From Escherichia coli (lineage in GTDB: Bacteria > Pseudomonadota > Gammaproteobacteria > Enterobacterales > Enterobacteriaceae): 64,000 nt of DNA. A program made the translations under genes and the position numbers. The stretch lies in NCBI RefSeq assembly GCF_003018255.1, contig NZ_CP027440.1. One strand, given 5' to 3'. The notes beneath the pieces were generated by a model, which searched no databases, was not told where the DNA came from, and worked only from the letters and a program-made list of their open reading frames with translations. How positions within the stretch are numbered: position 1 is the first letter of the stretch; each line of letters begins with the position of its first letter. Shown piece after piece: positions 54,019 through 64,000 of this stretch.

Positions 54019-55958
54019 ACAGCCTCCGGCGCAGTTTTCTGCGGGTTCACGCGCTTACGATAGCGAGGATCAAACAGGCACAGCAGCCCGCCCAATGCCA
54101 TCATCAGCCCGCCCGCCCAAATCCAGCGAACAAACGGTTTGTAGTAAAGACGCACGGCCCACGCGCCGTTTTCCAGCTCTTCACCGAGCGCGGCGTACAG
54201 GTCACGCGTGATGCCGCCGTCAATTGCCGCTTCGGTCATCATCGACCCGGCAGTGTTGTAATAACGTTTTTCCGCATACAGCACCGTTTCCGGCTTGCCA
54301 TCTCGCGTTACGCCGATAGTCGCCACACCGCCGCGCCAGTTCGGGCCAGTCACCTCTTTGACATCACGGAAGGTGAAGCGATATTCATGAATATCGACAC
54401 TATCGCCGGACTTCATGCGCACATCACGCTCAACGCTATAGTTCTGGCTAAAGGCAATACCAACAATTGTCACTGCCAGCCCCAGGTGAGCCGCCACCAT
54501 TCCCCAATAACTGAAGGTGGTTTTCGTGCCGCGTGAAATACGCAGCGCAGCTTCCGCAATTGCCAGCACCGCAATCCAGCAGGCCATTGCCAGGCCGAGC
54601 ACCGTCATCGCCACAACTTTGCTTTCGAACAGCCACGGCAGCAGCAGCGACAGCACCAGCGTTGAGATGAAGGCGATAATCAATAAATTGCGGATTTTAA
54701 GTGGGCGATCGCGCCCCCAGCGCACCAGAGGACCGACACCGAGCAGCAGCGCAAACGGCACCATCAGCCAGGTAAACATGGTGTTGAAGAACGGTTCGCC
54801 AATCGAAATACTGCCCAGTCCCAGTTGCTTGTGCACCAGCGGCAGCAGCGTCCCCAGTAATACCACCAGCATCGCGGCGACCAGCAAAACGTTGTTCGCT
54901 AACAGCAGAGATTCCCGCGACCACAGCGCATTGTTTACGCGTGAGCGAACTTTGTGTCCACGCGCGGCAAACAGCAGCAGCGAACCGCCAATCACCAACA
55001 CCATAAAGGCGAGGATAAACATACCGCGCGCCGGATCAGAGGCAAACGCGTGTACCGATACCAGCACGCCGGAACGCACGAGGAAAGTCCCCAACAGACA
55101 CAACGAGAAGGCACTGATTGCCAGCAGTAATGTCCACGCTTTGAAGCTGGCGCGTTGTTCAGTGACCGCCAGTGAGTGCATCAGCGCAGTCCCCACCAGC
55201 CACGGCATAAACGAGGCGTTTTCTACCGGATCCCAGAACCACCAGCCGCCCCAGCCGAGTTCGTAATAGGCCCATGCGGAACCGAGCACAATGCCGAGCG
55301 TCAGGAAGATCCACGCCGCCAGCGTCCACGGGCGGGTAAAACGCGCATAGGTGCTGTCCAGACGCCCACTCAACAAAGAAGCAATGGCGAAAGCAAACGC
55401 CACCGAGAAACCGACGTACCCCATATAGAGCAGAGGCGGATGGAAGATCAGCCCCGGATCCTGCAACAGCGGGTTAAGATCGCGCCCTTCAATCGGGAAA
55501 TTCGGCAGCGTGCGTGAGAATGGGTTAGAGGTAAAGAGAATGAACAGCAAAAAGCCGACACTGACCATCCCCATTATCGCCAGTACGCGGGCCACAATAT
55601 CCAGCGGAATACGCTGACTAAAAATCGCCACCGCAAAGGTCCAGCCGCTCATCAGCAGCACCCACAGCAGGAGCGAGCCTTCATGCGCGCCCCAGGTAGC
55701 CGCCACGCGATACCACACCGGAAGCTGGGTATTGGAGTTGCTGGCAACATAGGTGACGGTGAAGTCGTTGACCACGAAAGCATTGACCAGCACCAGAAAT
55801 GCGCCAGCCACAGACATAAACAGCAGCCAGGCAAACAAGCGGGAAGACGCCATCATGCGCGCATCTCCGCGCGCCACGCCCCATAGCGGATACACGGACA
55901 GCAGCAGCGCAATTCCCAGCGCCAGGCACAGCAGCCCGTTACCAATTTCCGGCATCAT
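54015..55958 (-). CDS. ccmF: Cytochrome c-type biogenesis heme lyase CcmF
   Basis: 647 aa, WWD motif ([12 protein letters not shown]). Confidence 0.94.
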
Positions 55959-56434
55959 GATGCTGGGTCCTTATAAACACTCGCCGGGCGACGGTGGTTA
56001 GCTTCCATCGCTTTCTCAACTTCTGGCGGCGTATAGTTTTCATCATGTTTCGCCAGCACTTCTTTCGCGAGGATATGATTGCCTTTTTCCAGCTCGCCCT
56101 GCACCACAACGCCCTGCCCTTCACGGAACAGATCCGGCAAAATGCCTTCGTAAGAAACATCCACTGAGCCTTCAGCATCGTAAATGGTGAAGGTCACTTT
56201 CAGCGAATTGGGATCGCGCTGCACACTCCCCGGCATCACCATCCCGCCAACGCGCAGACGCTGACCGACTTCCGGCATTTGCTGAGTTTCACGCTTGCCG
56301 TAGAGAATTTCCCCCGGCGTATAAAAGAGATCGATATTCGAGCGCAGCGCATATAGCACCAGACCGATAGTCAGCGCCAGCCCTGCCAACACGGCACAGG
56401 CAATCCACAAGCGGTTTTTACGGCGAATATTCAT
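55955..56434 (-). CDS. ccmE: Heme chaperone CcmE
   Basis: 159 aa, single TM helix plus OB-fold. 4-nt overlaps with both neighbours. Confidence 0.93.
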
Positions 56435-56640
56435 GCAGCCTCCTGCTGTTGCGCAGCACGTAAACGCGCCTCACGCGCCCGCTGTTGCGCCACGCCACGC
56501 AGAATTGCGCGATGTTGCATCACCGAGTGCACGACCAAAACCACCAGCGGAATAACGGTCATCACCACCGCCAACCAGACAAAAAAGGCGTAACCGCCCA
56601 TTGCGAAAAATTCATTCCAGGAAGCAAATGCAGGGGTCAT
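56431..56640 (-). CDS. ccmD: Heme exporter protein CcmD
   Basis: 69-aa small membrane protein between ccmC and ccmE. Confidence 0.88.
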
Positions 56641-57374
56641 TTACGGCCTCTTTTCAGTATCAGTTCACTCACCCACGGACGGCGTTTTTCCATCAGCAAA
56701 ATCAAATTACGCATCCGCATCAGCGTCAGCGTGGCAGACAGGAGCAGGAAGCCAAAAATCGACCAGCGCAGCGGCGAACGCATCGCCGGATCGATACTTT
56801 GCTGCATCCGCGTTGATCCCTGATGCAGGGTGTTCCACCACTCAACGGAGTAATGAATAATCGGCAGATTCACCACGCCAATCAGCACCAGGATACCTGC
56901 CGCACGGCCAGCCAGACGACGGTCGTCGAAGGCGTGCCACAGGGCAATGACACCAACATACAGAAACAGCAGCACCAGTTCAGAAGTCAGACGTGCATCC
57001 CATACCCACCAGGTGCCCCACATCGGTTTTCCCCATGCAGAGCCGGTAACCAGGGCAATAAAGGTAAACACGGCACCAATGGGGGCCATCGCCGCCACCG
57101 CCAGGTTGGCCATTTTCATCTGCCAGACCAGGCCAATAAACGCTGCCACCGCCATTGATGCATAAATGCCCATCGACCAGATCGCCGCAGGCACATGCAG
57201 GTAGATAATGCGGTAGCTATTTCCCTGCTGATAATCAGCCGGAGCAAAGCCGAACCCCCAGATCCAGCCGACGGTAAGCACGACCACACTGGCAATTGCC
57301 AGCCACGGTATAAACCAGCCACAGATTTGATACAGCCGTGGTGGGATCGCCAGTTGATGCAGTGTTTTCCACAT
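56637..57374 (-). CDS. ccmC: Heme exporter protein CcmC
   Basis: Start trimmed to MWKTLHQ giving 245 aa. WWD motif (WGTWWVWDARLT). Confidence 0.92.
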   Translation of the reverse strand: MWKTLHQLAIPPRLYQICGWFIPWLAIASVVVLTVGWIWGFGFAPADYQQGNSYRIIYLHVPAAIWSMGIYASMAVAAFIGLVWQMKMANLAVAAMAPIGAVFTFIALVTGSAWGKPMWGTWWVWDARLTSELVLLFLYVGVIALWHAFDDRRLAGRAAGILVLIGVVNLPIIHYSVEWWNTLHQGSTRMQQSIDPAMRSPLRWSIFGFLLLSATLTLMRMRNLILLMEKRRPWVSELILKRGRK

Positions 57375-57415
57375 AGTTTCGATACCAGACTCGAACAAAA
57401 ATCAGTAATCCAGCG

Positions 57416-58078
57416 TTATTGAATGCTGATTCGTAACGCTGCCGCCGTCGCAAAAGGACTTAATGTCGCGGTGCCTGCCAGCAACGCGCCTAAAATTGCC
57501 AGATACCCATCAACGGGCAAATGCATAGAAGCCGCGTCCATCGCGGCGGTGGCAAAGATGAGTAATGGGATAGTCAGCGGTAACACCAGTATGCTGAGCA
57601 GCACACCACCGCGCTTAAGTCCCACTGTCAGCGCCACGCCCGGCGCACCAAGAAAGCCAAGCGTAGGGGTTCCCAGCAGTAGCGTTAACGCCATCACTTG
57701 CCAGCCATAAACATCCATTCCCAGTAGCATTGCTACCAGGGGCGAAAGGATGAGTAACGGCAGACCGGTTACCATCCAGTGCGCCATCACCTTCGCCAGC
57801 ACAGCGGCGGGCAAGGGTAACGGCAACAACATCAATTGTTCAAGACTGCCGTCCTGCAAATCGTCACGGAACAGTCGCTCGAGTGCCAGCAAGGATGAAA
57901 GCAGCGCGGCAACCCAGATAATGCCCGGCGCAATACGCGCCAGCAGTTGCGGCTCCGGACCGATACTGAGCGGAAAAAGGGTAATTACAATCAGGAAGAA
58001 CCACAGCGGGTTGGCGATTTCGGCGCTATGGCGAAACGCTACGCGCAGCTCAAGACGGAAAATGCGCCAGAACATCAT
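57416..58078 (-). CDS. ccmB: Heme exporter permease CcmB
   Basis: 220 aa, 6-TM ABC permease. Confidence 0.93.
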   Translation of the reverse strand: MMFWRIFRLELRVAFRHSAEIANPLWFFLIVITLFPLSIGPEPQLLARIAPGIIWVAALLSSLLALERLFRDDLQDGSLEQLMLLPLPLPAAVLAKVMAHWMVTGLPLLILSPLVAMLLGMDVYGWQVMALTLLLGTPTLGFLGAPGVALTVGLKRGGVLLSILVLPLTIPLLIFATAAMDAASMHLPVDGYLAILGALLAGTATLSPFATAAALRISIQ

Positions 58079-58698
58079 GCGGCCCCCGTTTGCGTCAGTG
58101 AAATGCGGCGAATTTTACTTTCAGCAACGTTGAGCGGCTGGTGGGTAGTCAGAATCACAATCCCCCCCTGCTCCGTATGCTGCGCCATACGCTGGGTCAG
58201 ACGATCGACGCCGTTAACGTCAATCGCGGTAAAAGGCTCGTCGAGTATCCATAACGTGGCACGGGTCAACCACAGACGCGCTAAAGCGACGCGGCGTTGT
58301 TGCCCGGCAGAAAGTTGATTTACCGGAATATCTTCGAATCCGGCAAGCCCGGCCTGCGCCAGGGCTTCCAGACATTGTGCGGTATCGCCATCGCGATGAT
58401 AAAAGTGCAGATTTTCTAACGCCGTCAGCCGGGTTTTGATCCCCGGCTGATGCCCTATCCATAACAGGTTTTGATGGTAGCTGTCGCGTACCTGATGCAA
58501 GGGCTGCCCTTGCCAGAGAACGTCACCCGCATCAGGGCGAGACAACCCCGTCAGCAAACGGAGAAGCGTTGTCTTCCCCGCGCCGTTGCTACCGGTGATT
58601 TGTACCCACTCTCCTGCGTTCAGCGTAAATGACAAGCCACTAAATAAGGTTCGTTCATCCCGCTCGCAAAGTAACTCTCTGGCTTCAAGCATACCCAC
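58075..58698 (-). CDS. ccmA: Heme exporter ATP-binding protein CcmA
   Basis: 207 aa, Walker [10 protein letters not shown]. Confidence 0.93.
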   Translation of the reverse strand: MGMLEARELLCERDERTLFSGLSFTLNAGEWVQITGSNGAGKTTLLRLLTGLSRPDAGDVLWQGQPLHQVRDSYHQNLLWIGHQPGIKTRLTALENLHFYHRDGDTAQCLEALAQAGLAGFEDIPVNQLSAGQQRRVALARLWLTRATLWILDEPFTAIDVNGVDRLTQRMAQHTEQGGIVILTTHQPLNVAESKIRRISLTQTGAA

Positions 58699-58710
58699 GC
58701 AATAACCCTG

Positions 58711-59313
58711 TTAAAAACCTGGCTCGACTTCGCGCATATCGGGCAGCTTGTGCGCTATCCCTTTATGGCAATCAATACAGGTTTGCCCATCTTTCACCGC
58801 CTGGTCATGCATCTTCGCGGCAACCGATTTCTGGGCGGTTGTATCCATATACTCGAAGTTGTGACAGTTACGGCACTCCTGCGAGTTATTGTCCTTCATG
58901 CGCCGCCACTCATTCTGTGCCATCGTCAGACGATGAGCTTCAAATTTCTGCGGCGTGTCAATAACGCCAAAAATTTTACCATACAGCTCTTTACTTGCTT
59001 TGAGCTTGCGTATCATCTTCGGCACAAACTCGTGCGGAACGTGACAATCCGGACAGGTCGCACGGACGCCGCTACGGTTGTTGTAGTGCACGGACTCCAT
59101 GTATTCCTGATACACCGTGTTACGCATTTCGTGGCAGCTAATGCAGAACTCTTCGGTATTGGCTTTTTCCATCCCGGTGTTAAAGCCGCCCCAGAAGACA
59201 ATGCCGCCGACAAAACCGATCAACAGCAGCGTCCCCAGCGCCAGACGGCTGGGGGTACGCCACCATTTCCACAGGCGCTTAATCAGACCAGGCTTACGGT
59301 CAGAATTTCCCAT
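58711..59313 (-). CDS. napC: Membrane-anchored tetraheme cytochrome c NapC (NapC/NirT family)
   Basis: 200 aa, four CXXCH motifs (CISCH, CPDCH, CRNCH, CIDCH). Confidence 0.94.
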   Translation of the reverse strand: MGNSDRKPGLIKRLWKWWRTPSRLALGTLLLIGFVGGIVFWGGFNTGMEKANTEEFCISCHEMRNTVYQEYMESVHYNNRSGVRATCPDCHVPHEFVPKMIRKLKASKELYGKIFGVIDTPQKFEAHRLTMAQNEWRRMKDNNSQECRNCHNFEYMDTTAQKSVAAKMHDQAVKDGQTCIDCHKGIAHKLPDMREVEPGF

Positions 59314-59322
59314 AATAACCTC

Positions 59323-59772
59323 TTATTTCCCGTAACCTTTTGACGGGGTAAAGGTATTCCCCACGATTGGCGCGGTATCAGCCTGCGGCACGTGACATTG
59401 CAGACAGAAGTAACGACGTGGAGCAACTTCCGCGCCCACTTTGCCGTCGCTGTCCATAAAGTGAGTAGGACTTATGCGCGGCGCGCCAGTGGTGCGATAG
59501 CTTTCGACACCGTGGCACTGCAAGCAGCGGTTGGTATTGGTCGTTACCTGATAACCTTCAACGCTATGCGGGATCATTGGCGGCTGATTCACATAGTTCA
59601 GCGGCATCCGTTCCTGCTCTTTTGGCATCCGAATGGCCCCTTCCTGCGTCCCGGATACTTCCGGCGACTGGCTAAAATCGACGCCATTAGCCGCCCAAAC
59701 CGCGCCGCTCACCACCAGGGCCAGCATCGCCGTCCATTGACACAGCGCTTTCTTCAGGTCATGGCTTTTCAT
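59323..59772 (-). CDS. napB: Periplasmic nitrate reductase diheme cytochrome c subunit NapB
   Basis: Start trimmed to give 149 aa. Two CXXCH motifs (CLQCH x2), signal peptide. Confidence 0.92.
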   Translation of the reverse strand: MKSHDLKKALCQWTAMLALVVSGAVWAANGVDFSQSPEVSGTQEGAIRMPKEQERMPLNYVNQPPMIPHSVEGYQVTTNTNRCLQCHGVESYRTTGAPRISPTHFMDSDGKVGAEVAPRRYFCLQCHVPQADTAPIVGNTFTPSKGYGK

Positions 59773-60632
59773 GATTTCGCTCCCGAACTCCATCGTGTAG
59801 TTATTGTAAATACATCCTCAGAACAGACATCCACGCAGCGACCGCACGTCATGCAATCGCGACTGGTGACCTGCACCGGGCTTTGTTCATCCAGCACCGG
59901 GGCACGTAGCACATGCGGTTCCGGGCAAACATGAAAACAATCCATACAGCGGTTACATTTCTGCCGATCGGTGGCCGCAACGGTAATCACACCTTTGCTA
60001 CCCAGCACGCCATACAGTGCACCAACCGGACAAATGTGCCCGCACCAGCCGTGTTCAACGACCAGTAGATCAAATAAAAACAGCGCGAGAATAAGCAGCG
60101 CGCCGCTGCCGAAGCCCATTACCAGGCTACGCCCCATCAGAGAAACGGGGTTGATCCATTCCCAGATGAGCGTGCCAGTTAAGGCCGATCCCACCAGAAT
60201 GACCACCAACAGCACGTAGCGAATATGGCGAGGGATCGTCGCAGACTGATTGAGGTCAAATCGTCTGCGTAACCAATTTGCTAAGTCGGTAATCGGGTTC
60301 AGCGGACAGACCCAGCTGCAAAATAATCGCTTTCCTGCCAGGGCGTAGAGCACGGTGATAATCACCGCACCGGTCAACGCCACCGTGGCAGGCAGATGAC
60401 CGCTGGCAAGACTTTGCAGCGTCATCAGCGGATCGGTCAGTGGAACGGTGTCGAATAACAGGCTACTGCTGTAGTTGCCGTGCAAGATCCACACACCAAA
60501 CCACGGACCGCTCAAAAACATCCCCAGCACGAAGAACTGACAAAGGCGACGTAACACCAGCCAACGGTGACTGCGCCACCAGCCTTTTTTCTCCAGCGCC
60601 TCGCGCCCGGCGTCACGTTTACGATTTGCCAT
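59769..60632 (-). CDS. napH: Membrane-bound ferredoxin-type protein NapH
   Basis: 287 aa, TM helices plus two C-terminal 4Fe-4S motifs ([23 protein letters not shown]). Confidence 0.93.
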
Positions 60633-61314
60633 TGTTCCCCTCCAGCCAGCCGAAGCGGTAATGGTGACCTAACTCCCCTTTCGCCAGTGACAGCGGTAAC
60701 ACCTTGATTGCCGGTTGTTCCAGCACGCACACTTTTTCGCACTTACCGCAACCGGTACAGGCGTCGCTGTGAACCGTCGGCAGAAAGCGGGCGTGCTTAC
60801 CGGTACGCGTGTTGCGCTCCAGCTCCAGGGTGATGGCCTCATCAATTTTCGGGCATTCGCGATAACAAACATCGCAGCGCAGCCCCTGAAAGTTGAGACA
60901 GTTTTCCTGGTCCACCAGTACCGCCAGCCCCATCCGCGCGTCGTCGATCGATTCGATCTCACGATCCAGCGCACCGCTCGGGCACACTTTGGCGCACGGA
61001 ATGTCCTCACACATTTCGCAAGGAATATCCCGCGCAACAAAGTATGGCGTACCTGCCGACAGGCCAGAGGCCAGCGTCGCCAGTTTTAAGGTGTCGTAAG
61101 GGCAAGCCTGAACACACTGACCGCAACGCACACAGGCACTGGCAAAGGCGTTCTCGTTTATGGCTCCGGGCGGGCGCAACCGCACGCCAGATGCGCGTGC
61201 GGTTTGCTGTTGTAACCCCAGCGCCACACCCACGGCAGCCAGCCCGCCTGCTGTGCGAACAACATCGCGCAGAAAGCGGCGGCGACCATTTTGAGGTTTC
61301 GCTGACCGGGACAT
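60619..61314 (-). CDS. napG: Periplasmic ferredoxin-type protein NapG
   Basis: 231 aa, twin-arginine signal (RRRFLRD), four CxxCxxCxxxCP clusters. Confidence 0.93.
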
Positions 61315-61320
61315 AATGGC

Positions 61321-63807
61321 TTACACCTTCTCCAGTTTGACCGCGCACTTCTTGAAGTCCGTCTCTTTCGAGAGCGGATCGGTCGCGTCCAGCGTCAGTT
61401 TGTTAACCAGCTGTGCGGCATCGAAGAACGGCATGTACACCAGGCCCTGCGGCGGACGGTTACGACCGCGCGTTTCGACAATCGAGATCACTTCGCCACG
61501 GCGAGAAACCACTTTCACTTTGTCGCCACGGCGCAGATCGCGCGCTTTCGCATCCAGCGGGTGAATAAACAGGACCGCTTCCGGGAAGGCGCGGTGCAGT
61601 TCCGGTACACGGCGAGTCATACTGCCGGTATGCCAGTGCTCCAGAACGCGTCCGGTAGAGAGCCACAGGTCGTACTCTTCATCCGGTGCCTCCGCCGCCG
61701 GTTCGAACGGCAGCGCGAAGATCACCGCTTTGCCATCCGGTTTACCGTAGAACTTGTAGCCTTCGCCCGCTTTCACGTACGGGTCGTTACCTTCGCTGTA
61801 ACGCCACTGCGTTTCTTTACCGTTCACTACCGGCCAGCGCAGACCGCGTGCTTTGTGGTAATCATCGAACGGCGCCAGATCGTGACCGTGACCGCGACCA
61901 AACCATGCGTACTCTTCGAACAGCCCTTTTTGCAGATAGAAGCCTAGCTCGCGGGATTCATCGTTCAGCTGATCTTCCGCCAGTTCGGATAGCGGGTATT
62001 TGCTCACTTCCGGGGTGGCATACAGAATTTCGTACAGCGTTTTGCCACGCAGTTCCGGTTTCTTCGCCAGCAGATCTTCCGGCCATACTTCTTCAGTTTT
62101 GAAGCGGCGGGAGAACTGGACTAACTGCCAGAGATCCGATTTCGCTTCGCCCGGTGCCTGTACCTGCTGACGCCAGAACTGAGTACGGCGTTCGGCGTTA
62201 CCGTAAGCACCCTCTTTTTCTACCCACATTGCGGTCGGCAGGATCAAGTCGGCGGCCAGAGCACTGACTGTCGGATACGGATCGGAGACGATGATGAAGT
62301 TGCGCGGATCGCGCCAGCCCGGCATACGCTCTTCATTGATGTTCGGCCCGGCCTGCATGTTGTTGGTACACATGGTCCAGTAAACATTCAGCTTGCCGTC
62401 TTTCAGCGCACGGTCTTGTGCTACCGCATGCAGACCGATTTTTGCCGGAATGGTGCCGCTCGGGATATTCCACTTCTTCTCGCAGATATCACGATGTTTC
62501 TCGTTAGTCACCACCATGTCCGCAGGCAGACGGTGAGCAAAGGTGCCCACTTCACGCGCAGTACCACACGCGGAAGGCTGCCCGGTCAGGGAGAACGGAC
62601 CGCAACCCGGCTGGGAAATTTTGCCGGTCAGCAGGTGCAGGTTGTAGACCAGGTTGTTAGCCCACACGCCACGAGTATGCTGGTTGAAGCCCATCGTCCA
62701 GTAGGAGATGACTTTCTTGTTCGGATCGGCATACAGCTGCGCCAGTTGTTCTAACTGGTCTTTCGGCACGCCGGTCATTTCGGCAGTTTTTTCCAGCGTA
62801 TACTCAGCAACGAAGGCTTTGTAATCTTCAAAGCTCATCGGTTCGGAGGCGTCAGAACCCGGATTCTTCGCTGCTTTTTCCAGCGGATGGGTCGGACGTA
62901 AACCGTAGCCGATGTCCGTCGCCCCTTTGCGCAGGTTAACGTGTTTGCTGAAGAAGTCCTGATTTATCGCATTGTTTTGAATGATATAGTTGGCGATATA
63001 GTTCAGGATCACCAGGTCAGATTGCGGCGTAAAGATGATGCCGTTATCCGCCAGCTCGAAGCTACGATGCTGGTAGGTAGAAAGCACCGCCACGGTAACG
63101 TTCTGGTTAGAGAGACGACGGTTAGTGATGCGCGACCAGAGGATCGGGTGCATCTCCGCCATGTTTGCGCCCCACAGCACAAACGCGTCAGCCTGCTCGA
63201 TGTCGTCATAGCAGCCCATCGGCTCATCCATACCAAAGGTACGCATAAAGCCAACTACCGCCGACGCCATACAGTGACGCGCGTTCGGGTCGATGTTGTT
63301 CGAACGGAAGCCCGCTTTGAACAGCTTGGACGCGGCATAACCTTCCCAGATAGTCCACTGACCAGAACCGAACATACCGATCGATTCCGGCCCTTTTTCT
63401 TTCAGGGCGGTTTTGAATTTCTCTTCCATCACATCGAAGGCTTGATCCCAGGTGATTGGGGTAAATTCGCCTTCTTTGTCATATTTACCGTTTTTCATAC
63501 GCAGCAGCGGCTGCGTCAAACGGTCTTTACCGTACATGATTTTGGGCAGGAAATAGCCCTTAATGCAGTTCAGACCACGGTTAACCGGTGCGTCCGGGTC
63601 GCCCTGACAGGCCACCACACGCCCCTGCTGCGTTCCGACCAGAACGCCGCAACCCGTACCGCAGAAACGGCACGGCGCTTTATCCCATTTAATGGCTTCC
63701 TGCTGACCAACAACGGCGCGGGCAACGCCCGGCACGCTGAGACCGGCAGCCGCCGCAGCGGCCGCAACGGCGTTAGCTTTCATAAAGCTACGACGACTGA
63801 GTTTCAT
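61321..63807 (-). CDS. napA: Periplasmic nitrate reductase catalytic subunit NapA (molybdopterin)
   Basis: 828 aa, Tat signal ([31 protein letters not shown]), N-terminal Fe-S Cys motif [10 protein letters not shown]. Confidence 0.95.
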   Translation of the reverse strand: MKLSRRSFMKANAVAAAAAAAGLSVPGVARAVVGQQEAIKWDKAPCRFCGTGCGVLVGTQQGRVVACQGDPDAPVNRGLNCIKGYFLPKIMYGKDRLTQPLLRMKNGKYDKEGEFTPITWDQAFDVMEEKFKTALKEKGPESIGMFGSGQWTIWEGYAASKLFKAGFRSNNIDPNARHCMASAVVGFMRTFGMDEPMGCYDDIEQADAFVLWGANMAEMHPILWSRITNRRLSNQNVTVAVLSTYQHRSFELADNGIIFTPQSDLVILNYIANYIIQNNAINQDFFSKHVNLRKGATDIGYGLRPTHPLEKAAKNPGSDASEPMSFEDYKAFVAEYTLEKTAEMTGVPKDQLEQLAQLYADPNKKVISYWTMGFNQHTRGVWANNLVYNLHLLTGKISQPGCGPFSLTGQPSACGTAREVGTFAHRLPADMVVTNEKHRDICEKKWNIPSGTIPAKIGLHAVAQDRALKDGKLNVYWTMCTNNMQAGPNINEERMPGWRDPRNFIIVSDPYPTVSALAADLILPTAMWVEKEGAYGNAERRTQFWRQQVQAPGEAKSDLWQLVQFSRRFKTEEVWPEDLLAKKPELRGKTLYEILYATPEVSKYPLSELAEDQLNDESRELGFYLQKGLFEEYAWFGRGHGHDLAPFDDYHKARGLRWPVVNGKETQWRYSEGNDPYVKAGEGYKFYGKPDGKAVIFALPFEPAAEAPDEEYDLWLSTGRVLEHWHTGSMTRRVPELHRAFPEAVLFIHPLDAKARDLRRGDKVKVVSRRGEVISIVETRGRNRPPQGLVYMPFFDAAQLVNKLTLDATDPLSKETDFKKCAVKLEKV

Positions 63808-64000
63808 GGTGTTTCCTCACCTTGCTCTTCCTGCTGGTGATAAACCAGCGACACCGCCAGCACGCCCTCTACGTTGCGTACTGACTCAATGGTTTGAATC
63901 AGCGTTTCGCTGTCTTCTGCTTCCACCACCACAATCAACTGACCGCTCGGCGCGTCGCTGACAGCAACTTCACAGCCGGGAAAGGCGTTCAGTTGGGTGC
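63804..64000 (-). CDS. napD: NapA chaperone NapD, C-terminal part (5' end outside window)
   Basis: Minus-strand frame ending in ...[12 protein letters not shown] with the TGA overlapping the napA ATG (ATGA). Not in the ORF track because the start lies beyond the window. Confidence 0.8.
   Translation of the reverse strand, partial: TQLNAFPGCEVAVSDAPSGQLIVVVEAEDSETLIQTIESVRNVEGVLAVSLVYHQQEEQGEETP

Noticed and set aside
54517-55266. 249-aa ORF antisense to ccmF
   Set aside because: Shadow ORF inside ccmF, which carries the diagnostic WWD motif on the other strand.
59392-59934. 180-aa ORF antisense to napB/napH
   Set aside because: Shadow ORF. napB and napH on the other strand have CXXCH and Fe-S motifs.
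62941-63840. 299-aa plus-strand ORF antisense to napA
   Set aside because: Shadow ORF inside napA with no recognisable motifs. NapA identity is strongly supported.

Overview
This window reads as a contiguous stretch of ordinary Escherichia coli core chromosome, with gene order matching the K-12 region from preA to napD. I found no CRISPR array, insertion sequence, integrase, phage genes or unassigned multi-gene island, and no convincing evidence of a novel biological system. All gene identities are recognised from the translated ORFs by memory of E. coli proteins, not by database search. Order on the window: preA (5' partial), mglCAB, galS, yeiB, folE, yeiG, cirA, lysP, yeiE, yeiH, nfo, yeiI, nupX, rihB, yeiL, psuT-psuG-psuK, fruAKB, setB, yeiW, yeiP, yeiQ, yeiR, lpxT, mepS, rtn, yejABEF, yejG, bcr, rsuA, radD(yejH), rplY, yejK, yejL, yejM, tRNA-Pro (proL), a degraded autotransporter remnant, narP, ccmHGFEDCBA, napCBHGA and the 3' end of napD. 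Several ORF-track starts were trimmed to the internal ATG that matches the known protein length. The most interesting local signals are: a 28-nt motif containing a TTTCTG-N5-CAGAAA palindrome shared by the leaders of the paralogous transporter genes nupX and psuT; a perfect tandem 18-bp repeat upstream of psuK; the uncharacterised HTH-kinase fusion YeiI; an inverted repeat that would sequester the nfo ribosome-binding site; and a short autotransporter pseudogene remnant next to proL.
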